Position numbers and translations under genes: made by a program | Notes under the pieces: model-generated | What the model was told of the DNA's origin: nothing | The model's database searches: none | The model's input: the letters and a program-made list of their open reading frames with translations, nothing else | Assembly (NCBI GenBank): GCA_016748015.1 | Contig: JAAOMT010000151.1 | Coordinates: forward strand, 1-64,000 | Length of the DNA: 64,000 bases | Origin: Geosiphon pyriformis uo1 | Lineage: Eukaryota > Fungi > Glomeromycota | Direction of reading: 5' to 3' | In this document: positions 23,249 through 36,400 of the stretch, in pieces | Position numbering within the stretch: the stretch's first letter is position 1 | How the letters are laid out: the number at the start of each line of letters is the position of its first letter

Positions 23249-26200
23249 CACACCTAATTCCAACATAGAACAGAACTACTCCAATAACAACACTTGGAAA
23301 ATTGGTACTGTTAATGTTAGGGAACTTAATAATCTTGGTAAAGCTGAAGAGGTGCTATGATGGGTTATAGAGGAACAATTTGATTTTGTGATTGTTATGG
23401 AAACCAAAATGACTCCAACAAAAGAAAAGGGTGTATTTTTTGGTTTTAATGAATATCATGCCTTTTGGGAATCAAGTACAGAGAAACAAATGGGAACTGG
23501 TGTTGATATACTGGTTAAAAAATGTTGGATACACCATGTAGAAACAATCAGGGGGTTTCATGGGAGATTGTTGCATTTGGGGTTGAAATTTAGAGAAAGA
23601 ATCAATGTGCACATAATAGAACTGTACATGCCTGCTTCCAAATCGCTTACTGAGAGAGCAGTAGCTAAAAAAATTAGGAAACTTTTGGGAGACATTGTAC
23701 AGAACAAAGAAATTATCATAGTAGCAGGCGATTTGAATGAAGATCTGTCATCCAAGTTACTTGAGGAAACATATACTACAAATAAGGCCAAAGCTTGTCC
23801 AACCACCACAACATTACAACATATGAATTTGGTAGATACACATGGGGCATATGCAACAAACAATCCAGAAAAGACATGGGCATCAAATGGTGTACAAAGA
23901 AAATTGGACTATGTGTTTACTAATGCAGTCACAGCCTCACTGGTCACAAACATTGGGGTGATTGATGTTAATGAATCCTTTAGCACAGATCACAAAGCAG
24001 TGGTAACAATCATCCGATCTGATAGAATCTTGGCAGGCACTAAAAAATCTAGATCTGGAAGAAAGAAGTGTAGCACAACTATGATTGATGTTAAAAAGGC
24101 ATCTGGAGTTCAATGGGAAATCTATGCTAAAGAAACTGATCGACTAACAGATGAAGCACAAAGAAAATCAATAAATAACAGCAATGATGATCTAAACCAG
24201 ATGTGGCTTATAATCAAGGAGACTGTGTTACAAGCTTGTTAAGATTGTTACTGATATAATCAAACAATTAAGAGTAAACAATGCAGATATGCATGATAAC
24301 AATGTTATGCAGTTGTTGGCCAAATGGAAACAGCTGAAACCTGAGGCAGTTAATGCATATCTGATGACTCTTCCAAAGAATAAGCTAATTGTGAAACTGC
24401 TCAATATTAAGAAAGAATACAGATCAATGCTGTGAGCTAGGATCAGGTTACAACAGCAGAGACAGATAGTGGACAATATCATTAGGAGACAACAAAACTT
24501 TGATCTAAACAAAGGAGCTATAATCAAAAGCATCATGAACAGAAAAAGACAAAGGATTGTACTAGACCATGTAATTGAAAAAGGCGAATTTCATGATGAT
24601 TCTGATGAAATTAAAAAACTAGTAAACAAAAAAGCCCAAAGATAGACCAGGACAAGAAGCATTAAGCCTGACCTATGGAAAAGTTGGGAACACAGATTTG
24701 AACCGATCGAAAGCATTCCAGACCATGCCTTTGATGGTGTAATAGATGAATTAACAAATGAGGAATTTGAACACATATTGAGCCACACACCCCATAACAA
24801 AGCTCCTGGCCCATCAGGCATTCAAGCTGAACTCTGGAGGAAGGCTGGGTCTAATACCAAGTCTAAACTGAAAACGTTGCTCAATGCTTGCATTAGAGCA
24901 GCAAATATGCCTGAGGAGTGGAGAGTAGCACAAGTCATACTGATTCCAAAGCCAAAAGAATGGGGTGGCAATATTGACATCACCAGGCCGATCACACTCA
25001 TTGAAAGCACCAGAAAAATCTTAACAAAGATTTTAACTGTAAGAATATCAAAAGCATGTGAACTCCACAATGTCCTAAAAGGTTACAATACTTCAGTATT
25101 AAAGAATACCTCCACAGCAGTGTCTATTCATGTGATTAATGCTGTAGCTGAACATGCAAGAGAATTTGATAAAGAGGCTTGGTTTACATTTCAGGACATG
25201 AAAAAGGCATATGATTTAGTGAGATGGAAACCCATGGAAGCTGCACTAAAGAGGATTAAGATGAACAATAGGTTTACTGAGCTGTTTGGCTTGATGCACA
25301 ACAATAGAAGTAACAGGATAATAACTGAATTTGGGCTAAGTGACAAATATCAAGTACAGGATGGACTGGATCAGGGGGAAACAAGCTCACCCATTATGTA
25401 GAGAATTTTCTACGACCCCTTACTGTGTAAAGTAAAACAAGCCAATTATAGTCAGGAATACAAACTGACAGCAGCATGGAAAAAGTGAGATAATCAAGTG
25501 GATACACAATCTCTGTTGGTGTCAGTGAATCACCTTGCCTTCATCAATGACACAGTGTGGATAGCTAACTCAAGACAAAAAATGCAAAGTATTTTGGACA
25601 CAGCCAGCTCCTTTTTTAGAATGGTAGATATTGAGATCAACTTAGATAAGACTGAGACAATGGTGGTCAGACCCTCCAAAGGGAGATCTTCAATGGTGGA
25701 GCCATTAAAATTTGGTCCAGACAAACAAATCTTGAAATTGTTGGATCCATCTACATGTACCCAATATCTGGGAGTATGGATCAGAGCAGATGGTAAAAAT
25801 GAAACTGTTCTAAAAATGATAGGATCTGACATTGAAGCAGTGTGTGCAGTCATTAGGAAAAAACACATAACTGAGAAACAGGCCATCTACATTTTTAACA
25901 GTGTACTCAGTCCAGCTATTGAATTCAGGTCTCAGTTGACTCATATTCTTAATAGCTGGGCTAGAAAATAGACTTCAAAGATTTCGACCACTGTAAAGAA
26001 AAAAGCAAAACTCTCAGTAGACTTCCCAGCCAGTGCCATGCATCACTCATCCTTGTATAACTTGTTCAAAATTGATGATATACAAGCAAAAAGCAAGATC
26101 ACAGATTTGTTAATTAGATTAAACAGTGCTGATATTGCTGGAATGGCTACAAAAATCAGACTAGCCAACTTGCAGGCACAGAGATAGTCAGCTCATAGTA

Positions 26201-28090
26201 TACTTGAATATCTCACCAATGAATGATCCAAGCCAGGGGTTAATCTTATAGCAAACATTATACAGATGATGGAAAAAAGAGACATCTCATTTAAGAGCAA
26301 TGGTAACACACATGGGATACTTGAATCTTCAAGACCACAGATGTATTTAATTGAGTCTATCTTACCTTCAAATGAAACCTACATTAAAGTTAGAAGCTTA
26401 CTGAGAAAGAAAAACATGCTGTACTTGCATCAGATACAGAACAATGATGAGTCGTTGATAACATGGATGGAAGTACAGACAAAGCAATAGTGGTAGAATT
26501 CCCAAATGGTTTAAGATTTTAGAATCTATAATCATTATGGATGAGTACAGAAACATTGATGTAGCACAATGTGAGACATTGGGTATGCACATACTGACTA
26601 ACCAAATACCAGATGAGTTAGAAACAATGCAAAGAGACACTATTTATATCTATATCCCTGACACTTTACTATTACAATGGAAGTGTGTATGAGAGAAGTT
26701 AAAACTCAGGAAAGAGATAGAAATATCAACAGATGGCTCACTGGTAAAAGCTGGTTCTGAGGAAGCAAGAGGAGCAGCCGCTTTCATAACACATGGGATA
26801 GAGGCTGAATTTGGTATAGCAATTGATGGAACATTGTCATCAACAAAAGTGGAGGTAAAGGCTGTATTGCTAGCTTTGGAAGCAGTGCCTTACAGATGTA
26901 AACTAACAATAAACACAGATAGTCAAGCGGTGATGGCAACAGCTCAAAGATGGTTGTCCAAAGATTATCCCCTATCTATCAGAAATCAGCTCAAAACCCC
27001 AAACTGGTGCACATGGAATGCAATCAGAGCTATAATAAGGGAAAAAAGGATTGACCTCAGCATGAACAAAGTGGCTGCACATGCTGGTATACTCGAAAAT
27101 GAGAAGGCTGACAAACTGGCCAAAGGATCTACTGCTTTTGATACAATGAGGTAGGCCTACAATGCTAAGGAGGCTGCATACATTCCCATTTGTGGAGGAG
27201 TTGAATTGGATCTAAACATCAGGCATTTTCTGAACAAACAGGCTAGGCTTCAATCAGCTTTAGACTGGATAGGCAATAACAAAGTTCAAGAGACAATAGG
27301 ATCTTTAGACCAAGATATAGACTGGATATGTACAACCAAGATTTGGAACTGGGATGGTAAAATGTCATCAGGCTTCACCTCAGCTAGTTCTTCAGCAATG
27401 CGCATATTTATTATGAAATCATTTCACAACATGCTGCCAACAGCAGAGGTGCTATACAACAGACGTCCTCATGTATACTTGAATAATCTTTGCAAGACAT
27501 GTCATAGGGAAGTGGAAACCAACCGGCACTTTTGGGAATGCTCTTTGAATACCCAAAAGGGCAAAACACTGATTGATGATGTTAAAAATAAGTGGATACA
27601 GTGTCTTTCAGAGGCTGTGAGGTGGGGATGCGAAGCCCAAAACAATGATGAGAAGATTGTACTGTCTAATAAATACATCAGGTCAGCGTCTAATGTAGAT
27701 CTGCTATGTAAAGGACTGGTCAATAAGCAATTTGGATGGATCAATACTTTTTCTGATATTGACCTGAGGACTAGCAATAAAGTATTGATTAAGGTGTGTA
27801 AATAGGCAGTTACTTAAGCAAGGAATAGATTGTGGAGAGAATGTTGCAAACTGCAAACTGAATGGGAAAAAACAATGGGTATTGATAATAGGGTCAAGAG
27901 AAATCCAACTGGTGGCTCCAATATAGATAGCATTTCAAAGAATAGTGGTAAAGTTAGTGATGAATTCATAGTCAAAGTAGGCGATGTTTACACACAGTGT
28001 AATGGTATACTGACTGATGTTTTTTGTGGTAGGAGTACTATGTATGATAGTGTAATACCCCATAGAGTTTTTGGTTATACTAGCGTGTAG
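23238..28090 (+). pseudogene. LINE ORF2 (APE endonuclease, RT, RNase H, C-terminal zinc finger)
   Basis: IGTVNVR, METK, GDLNE, LDYVF, TDHKAV; DMKKAYD, GLDQG, AFIND; STDGS, TDSQA, KVAAH..NEKADKLAK; CKTC..H..C; about a dozen stops and a deletion near 24240. Confidence 0.95.
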
Positions 28091-28219
28091 TTAGGCATAA
28101 CCACTTAGTGGTTAGCCACATCTTGTAATTTAGATTATTGGGTGAGTTGGCTTTATGAAAAAGTCATGCTTTGTAAGTGTGGCTAAACTAATAAAAGACT
28201 AGCGTGGCTACACATTAAC
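28082..28219 (+). other. Structured 3' UTR shared by LINE C and family D
   Basis: TAACCAC-TTA-GTGGTTA hairpin, a second hairpin before CTAATAAA, conserved end GGCTACAYRTTAAC-poly(A). Confidence 0.7.
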
Positions 28220-28236
28220 AAAAAAAAAAAAAAAAA

Positions 28237-29361
28237 TTGATGGGCAGCAATCCAAATGTGGATTTGATGATTCAGATATTCAAAATTAGGGGGCTGTTGT
28301 TCAAAGGTTGTTGAGTATAAAAGTTGATTAATGCTGTTGTTTCTTTCTTCAAAGTTGTCTTTAAAATAAGCTTGGTCAAAGTAATAGGTTGTATAAGCTG
28401 TGTAGGTTTTAGCTGAATGCTTGTTCAGGAACCAGTTTCAAAATTCTTGGAATTGTCTACTGGATTGATCTTTAATGGGAAAGCAAATCAAGCAGGAGGG
28501 CAAAAGATTGAGTTTAATAAAGTCTAGATCATTTTTGTTGTGTGCTTTAAAGTGTTCTTCTAATTGTTGTGGTAGGTATGAATAATCACCCATACAATAG
28601 GAAACAAAGTGGATTTTGACAACCTCACAGGAAGCACCACTTTTATGTTATGGGTTGGAGTAACAAGCTAACGGATAGCAAGGAAAAACAGGATTGTAGA
28701 GTGATGAAATAAATCAAAGAAATTTCAACTTCAAAGAGCAAATTAAATAAGTATGGATTCAATATGTGAGATCAGTCTCATAAAATATCTCAGTCACTAT
28801 ACTTTTCAAAAGATAACTGGGAATCTGAAGGTAGAGGAATAGTCCATACTGTCAACAAATAATCATGCTTGGTATAATTCTATGTCTCATATCAGCACTT
28901 TTAGAATTCAATATTAGGTATTAAATGTACTCTTCAGTCATGTTTTATTCAATAATCTTCAAATGCTGCAATTATACATTTCAGGAAAAGAGTAAGAAAT
29001 AACCAACAAGTGATTTTTTATCCCAAAATGTTCAGATACTTGAAGGTAAGGAAAGGGAAATTAGCAATAAGAGAATGATTGAGATGAAAGTTATTATTTT
29101 TATTTATTTGACTTTCTTGATTTTTGACATGTTTTTTTACAGCTAAAAGATTCATTACTTATATAGCTATCAAAAGTGGTCAATGATCAGATTAATGGTT
29201 AGGTCAATAATCAGGTCAATAATCAAGTTAATGATCAAGTCAACAGTCAGGTCATTGATCAGGTCAATGATCATTTTCTAAAAATAGAGTGGCTAATTTA
29301 TATGACATCAGTGGCTAATACATGTGATAATTAATAAAAAGTATAAGTTTCAACCATAACA
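28237..29361 (-). mobile_element. Gypsy A 5' fragment A4: LTR 28646-29361, PBS 28621-28639, gag start
   Basis: Homology to A1 ~6500-7644. Confidence 0.92.
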
Positions 29362-30452
29362 ATAACATCAAAGATGTTATCATAAACTGAAAAGTTTTTA
29401 TTATCATCATCATCATCATTATTAACATCATTAACCATGTCATCATTATCTGATCCATCCTCCAAGCAGGCCTGTTCACATTTTTTCTCAAGGCATGTCA
29501 TTCTTTTCTGCATCATGATGGCAACAGCAGCCAAGTCTTTATTTTGCTTAGCTAACCCATCCACACATTCCTTAACTGATACATCCACAGCAGATGGAGT
29601 AGACAGCAATTTGGTAACCAATGCAACCAAAGCACTAACAGATTCAACTAAGAATTTTATCAACACAGATAGTTCACTAAGATGGGATTCCAGAGAAGCC
29701 AATCTAGATTCAACAGCAGAATTGAGAGCAAAAGAGACAGCAGACAACATGGGTGTCACAGTTTTGGGAGGACCACCAAGATCCAAGTCCATATTAGCAG
29801 CAGCAGCACCAGGAGGAACCACAAAACAGCAGCCTTGGCATAAGATTTAGATCCAACAAATGAAAGTTTGAGATTTTTGGGGCCACCAAAGATGTTGAAA
29901 GGGAGTTTGGATGAAAAAGGAGGTAACTTCCTACAGTCCACAGCCAAATAATTCAAGTCTTAACACCTGTAGCAGTGGCGACATCCACCAGATGCAACAA
30001 CCATGCAAGGTACCAGTTTTTGACACAGCAACATTCAGAGATTCCAAAGAATCAAAGATAACCACAGCAAAGCATTAACATTGGTAAGATTCAGGGGAGC
30101 AAGGAATGAAACATGTATGGCCACCAACTTGGGAGACCAAATCACTTATCTCAAAGGCAGTACAGCCAAATGAAAGATTGACCAACTTAGCTTCAAATGC
30201 ATCTCTTGAGGAGATAACCTCCTTTTGGTTGGCAATGGGAAGAATTCTAATACTATCTTTTTTGACCAATACAGACCAGTTAGAGAGAGCAGCAGCAGCC
30301 GAAAAAATGTCTTTAAAATTAACCACAGCATATTGCCATAAGCCAGCAGGCTTCAACTGACAAGAAAGGGGAAGAAACAGAGGCCACACCAGAAGACTGT
30401 GCAATCTTAAGAGTAGTCAAAAAAACCTCATCACTGATGGCCACTTTGGTAG
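29362..30452 (-). mobile_element. Family D host copy, middle piece
   Basis: Continues at 37678 across A3 (TSD GTAG/ATGG, consensus GTGG). Confidence 0.9.
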
Positions 30453-33400
30453 TGTTACAGGTTGGAGTAACAAGCTAACAGATAGCAAGGAAGAACAGGA
30501 TTGTAGGGTGATAAAATAAATCAAAGAGAATTCAACTTCAAAGAGCAAATTGAATGAATATGGATTCAATGTGTGAGATCAGTCTTATAAAATATCTCAG
30601 TTGCTATACTTTTCAAAGATAACCAGGGGATCTGAAGATAGAGAGATAGTCCATACTGTCAACAAATGATCATGTTTGGTATAATTCTATGCCTCATGTT
30701 CAAATGCTGCAATTACATGTTTCAGAAAAAGGATAGATAAATGCCAATAAGTAGTCTTTTATTTTTAAAATGTTCAGATACTTGAAGGTAGGGAAAGGAA
30801 AATTAGCAATAAGAGAAGGATTGTTATTTTATTTCTTTATTTCTTTGATTCTTACATGCTTTTCTACAGCTAAGAGATTCATCACTTATATAACTATCAA
30901 AAGTGGTCAATAATCAGGTCAACAGTCAGGTCATTGATCAGGTCAATGATTATTTTCTAAAAATAGAGTGGCTAATTTATGTGACATCAGTGGCTAATAC
31001 ATGTGATAATTAATAAGAAGTATAAGTTTCAACCATAACATCATCCTCTTCAAAGAGATTGAGCTCTGGCAAAATCAAGCTATTTATGGTGTAATCTATT
31101 GGAAGGGTTTTATCTAACTCAAAGCTAACTAGTTTGTTGAAGTCTTTTGTGGATAAGGTATATAACACTTAAGGCAAAATGAGTTTTGTATCCAAGAAAC
31201 CAAATCTTTATATTAGAGTTTTGGCTCTTCTAGCAATAGTTAAAACTCTTGGGACATCTAACTGTATTGTTACAGTTGAGACCTATACTTCTTATTAATT
31301 ATCACCATTGAGCTGATCATTGACCTGATCATTGACCACTTTTGATAGCTATATAAGCAATGAATCTCTTAGCTGTAGAAAAGCATGTAATAACAAGCAT
31401 CTGAATAATCAACAATAAATAAAATAACAACTTTTATCTCAATTTTTCTCTTATTGCTAATTTCCCTTTTCATATCTTCAAGTATCTGAACATCCTAAAG
31501 ATAAAAGATTACTTGTTGGCCTTTTTCTGATGTATATAATTGTAGCATTTGAAGATTATTTGAATAAATGTGACTGAAAAGCACAAGTTGATACCTGATA
31601 TTGAATTCTAAGAGTGCCAACGTGAGGCATAGAATTATACTAGTGGTGATCAATTGTTGACAGTACAGACTATTCCTCTACCTTCAGATTCCCCAGTTAC
31701 CTTTGAAAAGAATAGTAACTGAGATATTTTATGAGACTGATCTTGCACATTAAATCCATACTCATTCAATTTGCTCTTTAAAATTGAATTCCCTTTTGAT
31801 TATTTCCATCACCCTACAATCCTGTTTTCTCTTGCTATCCATTAGCTTGTTACTCTAACCCGTAACAGTATAATGCCCAAAATTTCTGTCTGTATCTCTG
31901 AAGTTGTTTTCTTTATAAGTTTCATATCCTCTATGATTTCACCAAAGTGACTATAGAGTTCTAATTGCCTTCCATATGACAAGTTTTTTCTATAAGTAAG
32001 ATTTCTTGGAGTGTTTTTCCAATTGTGTTAGAAGGTAGGAGTATAGCTGCTGTTATACTTTCCAACAGATATTTATCTATTTTACTACCAATTCTTTCAT
32101 TTCTGGTAGTAGTTTTCTTTGGTCTAATAACAGTATGTGTTTCACTGTTATTAGTTATGGTGGTTTGTTTTCTAATGGTCAGAATAGCATTTGGATAGTT
32201 TTTGATTCAATATTCATGAAGAGTATAGAAGGCATTTTGAATGTTTTGATCCAAAAAATAATTGTTCATGTCGATTGAAGATACCTCTGTTTTGGGAATG
32301 GTGCATTTATTTATACTTGATTTTTGCTGATTATTTGAGTCAATATTACCACAACAGACAGCCAATTAGGTCGTTTATAATATTTTTTGAGTCATGTACC
32401 ATGAACAGGTTGATTATTGAAGATTGTTTTGGATTGATTTTGAAGAATATAAGAACCATTGTTCAAAACTTTGTTGACTATAAAGAGTTCTTTCCACTGG
32501 CTAGAAAATTTATCACCATAAACATTGTCTTTGTCAGAACAATATTCTAATACCAAGTCATCAACACTTAAAGAAAGTGTTTTATAGGTTTTCTTTTTCT
32601 TAAGCTTTTCTTGGAACTGTTTTATCTTTTCAAAAGCAATTATTTGTGCTTCTACCAAGGAGTCAAGAATGGTACCAAGTCTTCTTTGCAAAATGTCTTT
32701 GTAATTTCCTATTGTGATTTCTTCAAAGGGTATTGTTTCAATGTCAGTTTCTATTGGTAGTGTTGCCATGTGTTCATAGAGCAGATAAAAAGGTTTATAA
32801 CTTGTTATGTCATGATTTACAGTTCTATAAGCAAACAAAGCTGAAGGCAGTACTTTGTCCCATAAGTTTGTTTTTTCACTGGTTTTGGCTAGGGTTTCAC
32901 ATAGTGTTCTATTGAAATGTTCCACTAGGCCATTTGTTTGGGGGTAATAAGGGGAGGAAAGTTTATAATGTATTTCCATTTTTCTACAAAGTTCTTTAAC
33001 CAGTGTACTGAGAAAAGCTCTTCCTCTATCAGATAAAAGTTCTATAGAGCAGCTATAACGACAAATAATATCTTTATAAATGAAATTGGCTATTGAAACT
33101 GCTGTTTGGTCTGGAGTGGCTCTTGCTTCTACCCACTTTGTAAGATAGTCAGTAGCTGTGATAATATATCTGTTGCCATCAGGAGTGATTGTTAAAGGTC
33201 CAACAATATCTATACCAATTCTGTCAAATGATTAACCAACAGAAATTGAATGGATATCTTTTTTGCAATTGGGTTTGCCTCTTCTTTGGTAGATGTCACA
33301 GGTTTTGATGTATTCAGCAATGTTTTTTCCCAAAATAGGTCTATAATAATAAGCTAGAGTTTTCTGAATTGTTTTTGTTTTTCCAGTGTCTAGCTAATGG

Positions 33401-36400
33401 GTCAGTGTGCATGTTGTATATAACAATTTCTCTTTCTTCAAATTTGATAACTCTCTGGAAGCGGTCAGGATCTTTTCTGTTTTTTTTGTATAATTGGTTC
33501 TGGCAGATCAAATAGAAATTTGATTGTTTGCACAAATGTTCTCTTTGATGTTGAGTGTATTCTGGTGGGTATTGTCTTTTATCCAAAAATTTCACTAAAG
33601 CAGAGTAGTTGTCCAAGTCCATTATTGTGTTTGTTTGTGAAGGAGTTACTAATAATTAAGATGGTTTGGTTTGAGAGGTTGTACTATTACTAGATGGTAA
33701 GTATAGAGAGAGCATTGGTGTTTTGATGATTTGCTTCTTTGCAGTGTTGAATATCATAGTTAAATTTATCCAAGTGGAGTATCTAGTAAGTTATTTGTTT
33801 GTGTTTCAGCTTCTTTTTCTTGTGCAACCAAACCAAGGCTTGATGATCTGTTACCACTAAGAATTTTGCACCAAGAAGATATTGATCCCAGTAGCTAGTA
33901 GCCCAAACTACTGCTAGACATTCTTGTTCAGTAACTGAATAGTTCTTTTCTGCTGGTATAAGAGATCTACTGGCATATGCTATTGCATGTTCTCTGCCAT
34001 TTTCATTTTTCTGTGAAAGAACAGCACCAAGTCCATAGCCAGATGCATTAGTGTGGAGGATAAAAGATTGATCCAGATTAGGTTGTTTTAGAATTGGTTC
34101 AGTAACAAGTTTTTCCTTCAGAAATTCAAAAGCTTTTTGTTGATGAGTGTCCCAGTGATAATTGACATTTTTCCTGAGTAGCTAATTGAGAGGAAAGACA
34201 ATTTTGGAGAAATCCTTGATAAATTTGCAATAGTAAGAGGCCAAACCAAAGAAAAAGCATAGTTCAGGAACATTCATTGGTTGTCTAATGTTCTGAACTT
34301 TTTCAACTTTAGCTGGATCAGAAAAGATTCCATCTTTTGTAATAAGATGACCAAGAAACTAAGTGGATTGGTGTCCAAAAAAAGATTTGATTGGGTCGAT
34401 CTTAAGGCCAGCATTTCTGAACAGGTCAAAAACCTTCTGTAAATGTTCAAGATGTTCATTTCAAATTTTTGAATATACCATTATGTCATCCAAGTAAACC
34501 AGAACAAAGTTTTTTTTACTGATTCAAACACTTTATCTATTAGGTGTTGAAAAGTAAGAGAAGCATTGATGAGACCAAAAAGCATAACTGTGAATTCATA
34601 AGTGCCATACTTGATGATGAAGGCAGTTTTTTTTCTGCTTTCTGGATCCATCTCTACTTGCCAGAATCCAGCAGTTAAGTCAATAGTTGAGAAGAAAGCA
34701 GCACCATTGAATTTATCTAGCATTGTATTAATTTTGGGGAGTGGGTACATGTCTCTTATAGTGATGGCATTTAATTGGTGGTAGTCAACACAAAAGCATA
34801 GAGTTCCATCTTTCTTGGATACCACTACAACTGGGAAAGCCCATTCACTCTTGGTTTCTTGTATAAATCCAAGATTTTTCATCTGATTTATTTCTTTCTT
34901 GATAAACTTATCATTACATTGATTGGATTGATAAGGCTTCAAATAGATAGGACAAATTTCTTTGATGGTGATGATGTGTTGTATCACATGAGTTTGTTCA
35001 GAGGTATCACCTTCTTTTAAGATAACTGGACTATTTCTAGCCAATGGATTTTCAATGTTCACTTTTCTTTCTTCAGGGGAAGGTTCTCTTTGTTTTATAA
35101 CTAATAATTGGATTTCAGGTAGTTCATTCTCAAAGAACTTTTGTACTTCTTTAAGTTCTTCTCAAGGTATCAAACTAATTGGTTCCTAATCTTTGTAATA
35201 GATCAGGCAAAATTTGCATTCATCACTTGGTGAATACAAAAGTTTATTACACTAGCACTGTGCACAAGGGCCATGCCATTAATAACTGTATTTGGCTTTT
35301 TTGCTAGGTTTTCTGTCAAAGGTTCTTCTGAGAATATTATAGTAGGGCCAGCAGATCAGCTTGCCATTTACCATAATTCCTTCTTTGTTAGCTTTAACAT
35401 TGTCCAGTGGCTTGCCATTGCTAATGAAGATGGTATAGGCAAGTTCAGCAGTTTCTTCTTGTTCTTCTTGATCTTCATCATTACTCTCATCATCATCAGA
35501 TTTATCTGATTGTTCTTTTCTTGGTTCTGTTTGAGTACTGGAGGAGTTGTCCAATGTCAGCATTTAATCACAATGGGTTTCTCACTACATCTGATAGTTA
35601 GTTCGCAAAGTTTATAGTCAAGTAGTGCTTTGGCTTTCTTAAGCCATTCATTACCAACAATGATGGTGTACTCTTTTGCTTCAGATACTTCCATATCAGT
35701 TTCAATGCTGATACCATTGATGCAGACAGGAATAGCTTTGGCTATGTCCAGGCCTTTCTTCTTGTTACTATGTATGTTGGTCATTGGTCTTGTGGAAGGC
35801 TCATCAATCTTTCTGCCAATTGCTTTAAGAAAATGTTTTGCAATTACACTAACAGATAATCTACTGTCTAAAATCAGATCAATGAAGTAACCAGCCACTT
35901 GGGCTTTACAAATCAGAGGGGTAACATTGCTGTTATCAACAAGTCCAGCTTGGCAAGGGCATTTGTTGGTTTTTGGTGTTTTTTTCTTTGGTATCAATGA
36001 TTTGTGAAGATCTTTTTTGAACTGTGGATGGGTCATCAGTTGGCTACTTGTTTAATAAGTTTTCTTATTGCTTTGGCATATTCTGTCACAACTTTACCAG
36101 AGCCTTGAGTTCTTCTTTTTAATTCTATATGCTATTTTGAGATTAAGATGGGAGTTCCAAATTTCATTTCAAACTGGGTAGTGAAAGAGGTGTTGTCTTT
36201 TCTAGCATTTGCTGGTGTCTATCTAATGATTCTTTGTTGAACATTGGCATTGGTTTCTTGTGAGAACCAAGTAACAGAAGAGCCTTGGAGGTAGCCACTA
36301 ATGATTTGGAACTTGTATTTATTATCATATTGGTTTGCTGTAGCAGCTCTCTTAAAATCATCTAGCCATTCAATTAGATCTTGGGCATTACCTCTGAATA

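Larger units (their letters stand above)
20866..28236 (+). mobile_element. Full-length non-LTR retrotransposon (LINE family C; APE-RT-RNase H-zinc finger)
   Basis: 5' UTR, ORF1, ORF2, ~130-nt 3' UTR, poly(A) at 28220-28236; no TSD found. Confidence 0.95.

Noticed and set aside
24225-24250. Stop after the APE domain suggesting a split ORF2
   Set aside because: Copy-specific deletion between ACAAGCT direct repeats; the segment is present in the copies at ~57000-57075 and ~7890-7965.
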